This document shows positions 36,706 to 45,673 of a DNA stretch of 64,000 nt, one piece after another. The notes under the pieces are model-generated. The model searched no databases, was not told where the DNA came from, and saw only the letters and a list, made by a program, of their open reading frames with translations. Origin of the DNA: Candidatus Latescibacterota bacterium (GTDB lineage Bacteria > Latescibacterota > UBA2968 > UBA8231); assembly GCA_965204725.1 (NCBI GenBank), contig OZ242005.1, forward strand, positions 3,040,001 through 3,104,000. The letters run 5' to 3'. Each line of letters starts with the position of its first letter. The first letter of the stretch is position 1. Both the position numbers and the translations under genes were made by a program.

Positions 36706-37548
36706 TTACTGGCCGAAGGAGTTCTTGACGCGACCCCAGCTCGTCTGCTCGACCGCTGTGGCTTTGCCCGCAGCCGCTGTCTTGGTCGTCTCGGCCGCTT
36801 CTTGGCTGCCGCGATCGGTCTTGATTTGTTCGAGCGTTGCGAGTTGATCGGCGGTCAGAATGGCCTCAAAGCCGGTCCAGTACTGGTCGCGGAGGGCTTG
36901 CTTCTGCTCGCGTAGGTCCTCTTTGAGCACTTGGACTTGCTCGGCTTGGTCTTCGCTCAGGCCGAGCGGGTTCTCGATGGCCGCGAGGGTTTCGCGCTGC
37001 TCGTCAGTTAGGATGGCTTCAAAGCTGGTGCGGAACTCTTCCTTGGTCAGGTCCTGCTCCTTGAGAGCTTGGATCTGCTCCTTCTGGTCTGCGCTCAGGC
37101 CGAGGTCGGGTCGGTTGGGCCGATTGGCCCTGCGGTGTTCGAGGGCCTCGCGCTGCTCATCGGTTAGGATGGCCGCAAAACTGGTGCGGTACTCTGCTTT
37201 GGTCAGGTCCTGCTCCTTGAGAGCTCGGATTTGCTCGGCTTGGTCTTCGCTCAAGCCGAGCGGGTTCTCGATGGCCGCGAGGGTTTCGCGCTGCTCGTCG
37301 GTTAGGATGGCCGCAAAATCGGTGCGGTACTGGTCGCCGAGAGCCTGCCGTTGCGCCCGTAGGTCCTCTTTGAGGGTTTGGACCTGCGCGAGCTGGTCTT
37401 CGCTCAAGCCGAGTTGCTCGATCCACGAGCCTCGGTGCTCGCGGTGCTTGCCGTGCTTGCCTTTGGCACCCCAGCCTTTTGCCGAGGTGTCCATGGCCGC
37501 CGTGGCGACCAAAATCAGCGCGGCTGCGATGCCCCATGTTGCCTTCAT
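36706..37548 (-). CDS. Periplasmic Spy/CpxP/ZraP-like protein with four LTxxQ repeat units and C-terminal TAVEQTSWGRVK tail
   Basis: Signal peptide; four 'LGLS(E/A)DQ...AILT(D/A)(E/D)Q' units; AGGAGG RBS before ATG 37548. Confidence 0.8.
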   Translation of the reverse strand: MKATWGIAAALILVATAAMDTSAKGWGAKGKHGKHREHRGSWIEQLGLSEDQLAQVQTLKEDLRAQRQALGDQYRTDFAAILTDEQRETLAAIENPLGLSEDQAEQIRALKEQDLTKAEYRTSFAAILTDEQREALEHRRANRPNRPDLGLSADQKEQIQALKEQDLTKEEFRTSFEAILTDEQRETLAAIENPLGLSEDQAEQVQVLKEDLREQKQALRDQYWTGFEAILTADQLATLEQIKTDRGSQEAAETTKTAAAGKATAVEQTSWGRVKNSFGQ

Positions 37549-37613
37549 GATGCTCCTCCTTGCATGAGATAAGTGTAATGCCCAACGCGCATTGTTGGGT
37601 CGCACTGTGTTAA

Positions 37614-37629
37614 AGCAATATCTGTGCCA
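37614..37629 (-). promoter_or_regulatory. Sigma54 (-24/-12) promoter of the Spy-like operon
   Basis: Minus strand TGGCAC-AGATA-TTGCT, full consensus, about 65 nt upstream of the ATG. Confidence 0.9.
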
Positions 37630-37716
37630 CAAGAGAGCATTTTTCTGCAAAATGTCGCTTTACCAGTGGGCGAGCGCCTTGCGCCGTTGCCAAAACACGG
37701 CCGGCCCGCTTGGGTG

Positions 37717-37824
37717 AATTCGACCAGATGGTCGAAAGAGATCGTTCTTAAAATGACGTAACATTATGTTTTTATGTAACCTGTAATCCTTTCGACCAAG
37801 GCCAAAAATTCGACCAGATGGTCG
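37717..37824. promoter_or_regulatory. Paired palindromic sites, candidate upstream activator sequences
   Basis: AATTCGACCAGATGGTCG at 37717-37734 and 37807-37824 (90-bp period); half-site TTCGACCA at 37791-37798. Confidence 0.6.
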
Positions 37825-37869
37825 CGGGTAAAACGGCGCGGGTGCGCGGATGCAGGCTCAAGCCGTAAT

Positions 37870-39252
37870 CTACCCCCGTCCAAACACCCGCGCCGGCAGA
37901 TACGTAGCCAACTCCGGCACGAACCACAGCCCCACCAACAGCAGCACCTGAATCGCGATAAAGGGCACGACCCCCCTATAGATCTGCGGCGTACTGATCT
38001 CTGGGGGGGCGACGCCGCGCAAGTAAAAGAGCGAGAAGCCAAACGGAGGCGTCAGAAAAGAGGTCTGCAAATTTAGGGCGATCATCACGCCCAACCACAC
38101 TGGATCCAAGCCCATCGCCAAGAGGACCGGGCCGACGATGGGGACGACGACGAAAATTATTTCAAAGAAGTCGAGAAAGAAGCCGAGCAAAAACATCACG
38201 GCCATCACCAGCGCGAAGGAGCCGAGTACGCCGCCGGTCGCCTCATGAGTCAGAAAGCGCTCGACGGCTTCGTCGCCCCCGTAGCCGCGAAAGACCAGCG
38301 AAAACACGCTCGCACCAATGAGGATGATAAAGACCATGGCGTTGATCTCGGTGGTGGTGCGCATGGCTTCTTTGAGGGCGTCGCGGTTGAAGTGCCCCTT
38401 GGCCATTGCCAAGAGCATGGCACCCACCGCGCCGACCGAAGCGGCCTCGGTCGGCGTGGCCACCCCGAAGAGGATGGAGCCGAGCACCCCGCCGATGAGG
38501 ACGAGGGGCGGCACGAGGGCCGCGCCGAGGCGGGCGAGGAAGGCCGCGCTGAAGGGCTCGCGCTCCTCGGCCGGCACGGAGGCTGGCTTGAGGAGGCCGA
38601 GGCCGATTATATAGAGGATATAGAGACTCATCAGCACGAGACCGGGCAAGAGCGCGCCCATAAAGAGGTCGCCGACCGACACGGAGACCGGGGCGAAATT
38701 GCCCATTTTGAGCTGGGCCTGCTGATGAGCCGAGGAGACGACATCGCCGAGGATGACGAGCACAATACTGGGCGGGATGATCTGGCCGAGCGTCCCCGAG
38801 GCGCAGATGATGCCGGTGGCAACCGCTGGGGAGTACGCACGCTTGAGCATGGCCGGCAGCGAAATGAGCCCCATGGTGACGACCGTCGCGCCGACGATGC
38901 CAGTGGAGGCCGCCAACAACCCCCCGACGAGGCACACCGAAATCCCCAGCCCCCCGCACAAGCGGCCGCAGAGTTGCGCCATGGTTTCGAGCAGGTTCTC
39001 GGCAATTTTTGAGCGTTCCAGCACGACTCCCATAAAAACGAAGAGCGGCACGGCCATCAGGGTCTCGTTGGCCATGATGCCGTAGATGCGGGCCGGCAAA
39101 GCCGAGAGAAAGGCCGCGTCAAAGTGGCCGGTGAGGACGCCGAGGCCGGCAAAGCCGAGGGCCGTACCCGCGAGGCAAAAGGCCACCGGGAAGCCGGATA
39201 GCAGCACCGCGAAGGTGCAGAAAACCATGGCCAGCGGCGCGAGTTCGCTCAT
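37870..39252 (-). CDS. dctM: TRAP transporter large permease
   Basis: 'GFPVAFCL', 'AVPLFVFMG', 'SGTLGQIIPPS', 'ATPTEAA', 'SFLTPPFG'. Confidence 0.93.
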   Translation of the reverse strand: MSELAPLAMVFCTFAVLLSGFPVAFCLAGTALGFAGLGVLTGHFDAAFLSALPARIYGIMANETLMAVPLFVFMGVVLERSKIAENLLETMAQLCGRLCGGLGISVCLVGGLLAASTGIVGATVVTMGLISLPAMLKRAYSPAVATGIICASGTLGQIIPPSIVLVILGDVVSSAHQQAQLKMGNFAPVSVSVGDLFMGALLPGLVLMSLYILYIIGLGLLKPASVPAEEREPFSAAFLARLGAALVPPLVLIGGVLGSILFGVATPTEAASVGAVGAMLLAMAKGHFNRDALKEAMRTTTEINAMVFIILIGASVFSLVFRGYGGDEAVERFLTHEATGGVLGSFALVMAVMFLLGFFLDFFEIIFVVVPIVGPVLLAMGLDPVWLGVMIALNLQTSFLTPPFGFSLFYLRGVAPPEISTPQIYRGVVPFIAIQVLLLVGLWFVPELATYLPARVFGRG

Positions 39253-39740
39253 GGGGCGCGGAGGGTTTGGACGCTGTGGTACGCGATGGCTAGGGCTTGC
39301 AAAAACAGCAGCAAGAAGCACAGGGGAATGGCGGTTTTGAGCAGATAGACCGCCTCCAAGCCGCCGCCGTCTTGGGACCCTTCGAGCACGGCCCAAGAGT
39401 CGGCGACAAAGGGCAGCGACTGGTAGAACAGCACCGAGCAGCAGGGGATCAGCAGCAGCAAGCTGCCCAAGAGGTTGACCAGTGCCTTGCGCCGGACGCC
39501 CAAGGGCCGGTAGAGAATATCGACGCGGACGTGCTCGTCGCGGGCGAGGGTGTAGCCGGCCGCGAGGAGGAAGGTAAAGGCGTGCATGTACAGGGCTATT
39601 TCCTGCATCCAGACCCAGCCGCGACCAAAGAGGTAGCGCAAGACCACGATGACAAAAGTCACCAAGACCATGCCCAGCGTCAGCCAAGGCACTGTGTGGG
39701 CGATGAAGCGGTTGAGGCGTTCCATGCGGGCGTTAGCCAA
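39249..39740 (-). CDS. dctQ: TRAP transporter small permease
   Basis: Four TMs, 'VVLRYLF', 'EHVRVDILY'. Start may be ATG 39725. Confidence 0.9.
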   Translation of the reverse strand: MANARMERLNRFIAHTVPWLTLGMVLVTFVIVVLRYLFGRGWVWMQEIALYMHAFTFLLAAGYTLARDEHVRVDILYRPLGVRRKALVNLLGSLLLLIPCCSVLFYQSLPFVADSWAVLEGSQDGGGLEAVYLLKTAIPLCFLLLFLQALAIAYHSVQTLRAP

Positions 39741-40860
39741 AGGTCAGGGCGCGTGCTTGGGTATAGGCTTGCTCGGAGATGCGCGTGTACGCGATGGAGT
39801 TTTTGCGGAAGGCGTCAAACGAGCGATAGACCCGGCTGGAAAAGGGGTCTTGGCCCGCTATTTCGGCTACGACTTCGGCCGCTACTTTGCCGATTTGCGC
39901 CAAGAGCTCGTCGGGGAAGCGCCGAAGCTGAACGCCGTGTTCGTCCACCAAGGTCTTGAGGGCGTGGCTGTTGCGCGCGGTGAACTCGCTGAGCATGTCG
40001 TCGTTGGCCGCTTGGCAGGCATATACGACGACGGCTTGGAGCTCGGCCGGGAGGGCTTCTAAGGCTTGCTTGTTGACCATGCACTCTAGCGTCGTCCCCG
40101 GCTCGTGCCAGCCCGGCCAGTAGTAGTATTGGGCGGCTTGGTGCAGCCCAAAGGCGAGATCGTTGTACGGGCCGACCCATTCGGTGGCGTCGATGGCCCC
40201 GGTCTTGAGGGCTTGGAAGATCTCGCCGCCGGGCAGCGCTTTGACCGTGACTTCGAGGCGGCGCAGGACCTCGCCGCCCAAACCCGGCATCCGCATGACC
40301 AAGCCGGAGAAGTCGGCTAGGGAGTTGATTTCGCGGTTGAACCAACCGCCCATCTGCACCCCTGTGTTGCCGATGGGAAAGGCCCGGAGGTTGAAGGGCG
40401 CGTAGAGCTCGTCCCACAGGCTCTGGCCGCCGCCATAGCGCAGCCAGCCGTTGATCTCGGCCGCGTTTAGGCCAAAGGGAACGGCCGAGAAAAATTGGGT
40501 CGCCTCGTGCTTGCCCTTCCAGTAGTAAGCGGCCGCGTGGCCCATCTCGGCAGTGCCGCCGGATACCGCGTCGAATACGCCCGAGGCCGGCACCAACTCG
40601 CCCGCGCCGTACACCTTGACTTGCAGGCGTCCCCCGGACAGGGCCGCTATGCTGTGGGCGAGGTTGTTGGCCCCGGTGCCCAAGGCCGGAAAGTCCTTGG
40701 GCCACGTGGTGACCATCTTCCACTTGAAATGCTGTTGGGATTGGACGGCCGGGGCCGCTTGCTGTTGGTCGCTCTGGCCACAGGCGGCCAAGCCGCCGGC
40801 CGCTAGCAGGGGGGCGCGTTGCAGAAAGGAGCGGCGCGAGCGTGGGGCAGAATTGTCCAT
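39733..40860 (-). CDS. dctP: TRAP substrate-binding protein (TakP-like), Tat-exported lipoprotein
   Basis: SRRSFL twin-arginine and LAAC lipobox; 'WKMVTTWP', 'GNTGVQMGGWF', 'EWVGPYND', 'YWPGWHEP'. Confidence 0.92.
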   Translation of the reverse strand: MDNSAPRSRRSFLQRAPLLAAGGLAACGQSDQQQAAPAVQSQQHFKWKMVTTWPKDFPALGTGANNLAHSIAALSGGRLQVKVYGAGELVPASGVFDAVSGGTAEMGHAAAYYWKGKHEATQFFSAVPFGLNAAEINGWLRYGGGQSLWDELYAPFNLRAFPIGNTGVQMGGWFNREINSLADFSGLVMRMPGLGGEVLRRLEVTVKALPGGEIFQALKTGAIDATEWVGPYNDLAFGLHQAAQYYYWPGWHEPGTTLECMVNKQALEALPAELQAVVVYACQAANDDMLSEFTARNSHALKTLVDEHGVQLRRFPDELLAQIGKVAAEVVAEIAGQDPFSSRVYRSFDAFRKNSIAYTRISEQAYTQARALTFG

Positions 40861-40865
40861 GAACC

Positions 40866-41546
40866 TCAGCTTTTGTTGAGTAGGTGGCAGGAGCCGTCGT
40901 CTTGGCCGACGACCACGAGGTGGGTCAGGCCGACAAAAAGCCCGTTTTCTACGACCCCGGGCAAGGCGTTGAGCCAGTGCTCGGTGGCGCGGGCGTCGTC
41001 GATCCCGGCGGGAAAACGAGCGTCGATGACGTAGTTGCCGTTGTCGGTGACATAAGGGATGTTCGGGGCGCGCAAGCGCAAGGCCGGGGCGAGGCCCCGC
41101 TCTTTGAGGCCCCGGGCGATGAGGGGATGGGACCAAGGGACCACCTCGACCGGCAGCGGGGCCTTGGTGCCGAGCCGATCGACGAGCTTGGATGGGTCGG
41201 CGACAATGATCTGACGCCCGGTGATGGAGGCGACGACTTTCTCGCGCAGGAGCGCACCGCCTAGGCCCTTGATTAAGTTGAGGCTGGGATCGACTTCGTC
41301 GGCCCCGTCGATGGTCAAATTGACGCGGGCCACCTCGGCGAGCGTCGTCAGCTCGATGTCGAGGGCGCGGGCCAAGGCGGCCGTGGCGGCTGAGGTGGGG
41401 ATGGCCTTAACCGCCAGCCCGGTCGCGACGCGCTCCCCGAGGGCGCGAATGGCCCATTCGGCGGTCGAGCCCGTGCCCAACCCCACGATCATACCGGCTT
41501 CAATGTACTCGGCGGCGCAACGGCCGGCGGCTTCTTTTGGCGTCAT
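40866..41546 (-). CDS. rpiA: Ribose-5-phosphate isomerase A
   Basis: GLGTGST, DGADEVD, IKGLGGALLREK, TDNGN. Confidence 0.97.
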   Translation of the reverse strand: MTPKEAAGRCAAEYIEAGMIVGLGTGSTAEWAIRALGERVATGLAVKAIPTSAATAALARALDIELTTLAEVARVNLTIDGADEVDPSLNLIKGLGGALLREKVVASITGRQIIVADPSKLVDRLGTKAPLPVEVVPWSHPLIARGLKERGLAPALRLRAPNIPYVTDNGNYVIDARFPAGIDDARATEHWLNALPGVVENGLFVGLTHLVVVGQDDGSCHLLNKS

Positions 41547-41557
41547 CTGCTATCAAT

Positions 41558-42025
41558 TCACAGGCGCGTACAATAGTGGATCTGGCGGGCGACTTCCTCA
41601 AAGCCGAGGTGGGGATACAAGTGCGAGCCGATGGGGTTTTGCGCCAGCGTCTCGATCTTGGCGCACTCCATACCCGCGGCGCGCAGGTGCGCCAAGCCGT
41701 GCTCTAGGAGTTGGCGGCCTAGGCCCTCGCCTTGGCGGTGCGGCAGGACGGCGATGTTGGGTATCCCGCCGATTTTGCTCTCGCGGTCGATGCGCGTGGT
41801 AATGTAGCCAACTACTTCGCCGCCTTCCTCCCACACAAAGACGCCGCTCGCCCGCTCGCCGGCCACGTCGTCGTCGATGTGGCGCAGCTTGCGAAATTGC
41901 CAGTCGCGTCCGCCAATTAGCCCAAAGCGCTGCTCGATGTTGTGGTCGATGGATACCCCGGGGAAGCAAACTGCCGTAATGTGCTTGAGTGCGGGCAAGT
42001 CCGCTGGGCGATAGGGGCGAATCAC
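41558..42025 (-). CDS. GNAT family N-acetyltransferase
   Basis: IRPY start, 'NIAVLPHRQGEGLGRQLL', 'LYPHLGF'; GTG 42025 just after the upstream stop. Confidence 0.88.
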   Translation of the reverse strand: MIRPYRPADLPALKHITAVCFPGVSIDHNIEQRFGLIGGRDWQFRKLRHIDDDVAGERASGVFVWEEGGEVVGYITTRIDRESKIGGIPNIAVLPHRQGEGLGRQLLEHGLAHLRAAGMECAKIETLAQNPIGSHLYPHLGFEEVARQIHYCTRL

Positions 42026-42030
42026 GGGGA

Positions 42031-45000
42031 TTAGCTTCCGGCGGATGCGGAGACCTGCAACAGGGCTGGGTCCGGGGCGGTCTCGCGCCCGGCGAGCAGC
42101 TCGGCGGCCCGCTTTTTGGCCGCCTCCATTTTGGGTTGCCGGACGCCGCGGTAGCCGCGCACCTCCTCGGGCAGGGACAGGACTTGCACCCAGGTGTGGT
42201 ACTCTTCTGCGGAGTGCGGAGAAAAATCGGCGACTAGGCTTTCGTACCAAGCGGCAAAGTCGCGCTCCTCGCGGTGCCACCACGAAGCGCCGAGCCGGCG
42301 GAAAAACCGCATGCGGGCAATCCACTTCAGGGGCCTATCGCCTAGCTTGAGCTCGGGGCGAAAGTCGCGGCCAAACAGGCGCAGGTGCGGCCGGTTTAGG
42401 TGGCGGTAGTGGATGCGGTCGCCGCGGCTCGGATCGATGTTGTAGCGGCGGCGGTCGCGGCGGTACTTCTCGGGGCAGGTCAGCAGGTGGGCCACGTAGA
42501 TTTCGTCCTTGATGGCGAGGACCTTGGCGAGTTGGTAGATAACCGCACGGGTGGCCGCGAAATCGCGCTCGGCCTCGTCTTTGGCCTGCACGGCGAGCAC
42601 TTGGCGGATGTAGCGGTCGGCGTACGCGAGGTCTTCGTACTGGATCAGGTCGTACACCCGCACGGCGAAGTGCCGGCGCGCCGTGGCGATGGGCGTCTCG
42701 CGGATGCGTTGGCGGTAGGCCGCGGCCACGCGCTGGCCCCGCGTCTGGGCCAGCAGGGCGGCTTTGTCGGCGACGAGCTCGGCGTAGCTCAGGGGTTTTT
42801 CTGCGACCGGGAAGTGGTTCGGATCAAGCGCGAGGCATCGCCCCATGTTAAAGGCTTTGAGGTTGGTGTCGAGGTCGCGGCGCACGGCCTGAGAAATGGC
42901 CCAGAGCAAGGTGTCTAGCTCTAGGGAGAGCAACCCGCGTTGGAAGGCCACGCCGAGCATCATGATGTTGGCGTAGAGCTTGTTGCCCAAGTAGTGCTCG
43001 CAGATGCGGAAGAGATCCGCGCCGAAGTACGCGTCTGGGCGGGTGTGGTGGCGGATTAGGTCGGCCTGATCTTCGGCCGAGAAGTCGTCTTGGCCGATGA
43101 GGGTGTCGATCGTGGCGGTCTTGGCGGTGTTGACGACAGCGGCGGTGCGCTCTGGATGGGCGATGCGGTAGCGGCCTTGGGGTTCGAGGCCCCGCGCCGC
43201 TTCGAGTACGTCGAGCCCGAGGAGCAAGTCGGCCTTGCCGCAGGGAATCAGGGGGGAGACCGGGGTGCCCTTGGGCGCGTAGCTCAAGTGCGAATACACC
43301 GAGCCGTTGCGGATGGCCAGCCCCTTCTTGTTGGTCAGCCGCACCTCGTAGCCCTGCCGCACGCCGGCTTGGGCCAGCACCGAGGCCACCACGTTGACGC
43401 CCATGCCGCCGACGCCGGCGATGTAGGTGTACCATACATCGGCGAGGGTGCGGTGGGCGGGCGCGGGCAACTGGCCGACGTCAATGGGCGGGGTCGAGAC
43501 GGTGGGGGGGGCTTGGCGATAGATGGTGATCTCCTCAAAGGAAGGGCAGGTTTTGTCGCCGTCGCCGACTTCGACCCGGGTGCAGGCGCCGTCGGCAACG
43601 CAGGCGGAAGGGTCGATGGCGATCTTGGGGCCGTACTCGGTGGCGGGCGCGACCGTCAGGCCGCTACACCCGGTGGCCCGAGTGCATTCGAGGCAGTACT
43701 CGCAGACGTCTTCGCTGATGTTGATGTGCTTTTCGACCGGCAGGAAGCCCCGTTCCTTTGCGATCGCGCTTTGGTGCGCCCGCTCGCGGCGATGGTAGGT
43801 GATGCCGCATTCCTTGTCGGCGATGATGATTTTGACCCCGTCGCGGAGCAAGGTTGCGCGGACGAGGGCGTCGTAATTTTGGCGTTGGGAGGGGTCCATG
43901 CGGGCGATAAAGGTCGGCGAGTCGCCCGCTAGCCCGACGACGGTCTTTTCAATGTCTTGGGCAAAGGTCGGCTTGCCCAAGACGTCCACATCGACGCCCG
44001 GGGTGGGCTGATGCCCGGTCATGGCCGTGGTCTTGTTGTCGAGGATGATGTACGTGATGTCTTGGCCGTTTTTGATGGAGTCGGAAATGGCGATCATGCC
44101 GGTGTGGAAAAAGGTTGAGTCCCCCATAAAGACGAGCTGTTTGTTGTCGATAAAGGGGTCGATACCCGCGCCGGTGCCACCGCCCAAGCCCATGCCGGAA
44201 AGATTGTGCATCAGCTCGGAAAACGGCGCGTACTTGAGCATGGAGTAGCAGCCGATGTCGCCGTGAAAGACCAAATCTACCGGGGCTTGGCCGTCAGCCG
44301 GGGCCGCTAGATCGGCCGCCACTTTCTTGAGTACGCTGGCCGAGTCGCGGTGGGGGCACCCCGGGCAAAAAGAGGGCGCCCGCGGTGGAACGACCGGGGC
44401 CGCGGACACCGGGGCCAAGGTGGCGAGTTCGGCTCGTAGTTTATCGCGGTCAATGGGTAGATCGGCATCCAGCGCAGCGAAGAGGCGGGATAGGGCTTGG
44501 ACGATGAGCGAAGGGTGCAGGCCGTGGACATCGGGAAAGCCCGGGGCATTGCCCGGAAAGTGCTTGCCCCACAGCGCGGGGCCGAGGTCTTGTTGCCGCG
44601 CTAACTCGGCGGCGATCTGCGGCTCGATAAAGGGCCGCTTTTCCTCGACCACGCAGAAGGCTTGGACGCAATCGGCAAAGCGCGCGATTACCTGGGGATC
44701 GACTGGGTAGGTAATGCCGAGCTTGAGGATGGGGAAATGCCCGGTTAGCCCGAGGATGTGCAGGGCGTGTTCGAGATAGGTATAGGCCAAGCCGGAAGTG
44801 ATAAAGCCCAGCGGCTTGGGCGTCGCGCTGGGCGGATAGAGGATTTGGTTGATGCCCGCCTCCCACGCGAGTTGCCACAGGTGGGGGTAACGCTGGTGAA
44901 CGACTTCGCGCTCTTTGTGCGCCGTGGCCGGCGGGATGATGACGCGGTCGTCCGAGCAAATGGTGCTGGTGTCGAGCGCGATGCGCTGCTTGCGATTGAG

Positions 45001-45585
45001 GGGGGCAAAGCGGTTGGGATGGACGGTGACGCTGCCGCCGCCGTCGGCTTGGTTGGAGGTGACCAGATAGGTCAGGTAGAGCCGCGAGCGCCGCGACAAC
45101 TCAAAGCCTTGCCCGATCCAGTCTTTGATTTCCTGAAAGGTCGCGGGCTCGAGAACCGGCATGTAGAGATGCTGCGACAGAAAGCGCGAGTCGGCCGGTA
45201 CTTGGGTCCCCTCGGACCAGGTGTCGTCGCCCACGGCGACTAAGGCACCCCCGCTGGGCGAAGCGCCGACCATGTTGCCGAGGGCCAACCCGTCAGCCGC
45301 CACGTGCAGGCCGACGCTCTTCATTACCGCTAAGGCGCGGATGCCCTCCATCTGCGAGCCGTTGAGGCGGGCCGCGGCGAGGGCTTCGTTGTTGGCGATC
45401 TGAGCGACGATACCGCGCTCGTTAAAGAGGTCCTTGTTGTTTTCGAGGGTCTCGAAAAGCTCGGCCAAGGGCGAGCCGGGATACCCGGTAATGACGCCGA
45501 CTTGGCTTTCTAAGGCACCCTTAACGATCAGTTCGTTGCCGGTGTAAATGCCCGTGCCTTGTTCGAGTGAGAAGCGGGGATCCAT
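42031..45585 (-). CDS. Indolepyruvate:ferredoxin oxidoreductase family, fused alpha-beta single chain
   Basis: GYPGSP, FCPGCPHR, GDIGCY, TPP motif GDSTFFH...LDN, ferredoxin Cys cluster, 'AGVGGMGV' beta domain, C-terminal 'LPEEVRGY'. Confidence 0.92.
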   Translation of the reverse strand: MDPRFSLEQGTGIYTGNELIVKGALESQVGVITGYPGSPLAELFETLENNKDLFNERGIVAQIANNEALAAARLNGSQMEGIRALAVMKSVGLHVAADGLALGNMVGASPSGGALVAVGDDTWSEGTQVPADSRFLSQHLYMPVLEPATFQEIKDWIGQGFELSRRSRLYLTYLVTSNQADGGGSVTVHPNRFAPLNRKQRIALDTSTICSDDRVIIPPATAHKEREVVHQRYPHLWQLAWEAGINQILYPPSATPKPLGFITSGLAYTYLEHALHILGLTGHFPILKLGITYPVDPQVIARFADCVQAFCVVEEKRPFIEPQIAAELARQQDLGPALWGKHFPGNAPGFPDVHGLHPSLIVQALSRLFAALDADLPIDRDKLRAELATLAPVSAAPVVPPRAPSFCPGCPHRDSASVLKKVAADLAAPADGQAPVDLVFHGDIGCYSMLKYAPFSELMHNLSGMGLGGGTGAGIDPFIDNKQLVFMGDSTFFHTGMIAISDSIKNGQDITYIILDNKTTAMTGHQPTPGVDVDVLGKPTFAQDIEKTVVGLAGDSPTFIARMDPSQRQNYDALVRATLLRDGVKIIIADKECGITYHRRERAHQSAIAKERGFLPVEKHINISEDVCEYCLECTRATGCSGLTVAPATEYGPKIAIDPSACVADGACTRVEVGDGDKTCPSFEEITIYRQAPPTVSTPPIDVGQLPAPAHRTLADVWYTYIAGVGGMGVNVVASVLAQAGVRQGYEVRLTNKKGLAIRNGSVYSHLSYAPKGTPVSPLIPCGKADLLLGLDVLEAARGLEPQGRYRIAHPERTAAVVNTAKTATIDTLIGQDDFSAEDQADLIRHHTRPDAYFGADLFRICEHYLGNKLYANIMMLGVAFQRGLLSLELDTLLWAISQAVRRDLDTNLKAFNMGRCLALDPNHFPVAEKPLSYAELVADKAALLAQTRGQRVAAAYRQRIRETPIATARRHFAVRVYDLIQYEDLAYADRYIRQVLAVQAKDEAERDFAATRAVIYQLAKVLAIKDEIYVAHLLTCPEKYRRDRRRYNIDPSRGDRIHYRHLNRPHLRLFGRDFRPELKLGDRPLKWIARMRFFRRLGASWWHREERDFAAWYESLVADFSPHSAEEYHTWVQVLSLPEEVRGYRGVRQPKMEAAKKRAAELLAGRETAPDPALLQVSASAGS

Positions 45586-45618
45586 GGGTCTATCTGAGCG
45601 TTGGGAATAAGTGCCAAC

Positions 45619-45646
45619 ATAGTACGAGGTATGGGGTGGTTGTCAA
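45619..45646 (-). promoter_or_regulatory. Sigma70 promoter upstream of the oxidoreductase operon
   Basis: Minus strand TTGACA, 16-bp spacer, TACTAT, 34 nt upstream of the ATG. Confidence 0.7.
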
Positions 45647-45673
45647 GTCGGCGCTTGCATCGGCCCGGCGGCC

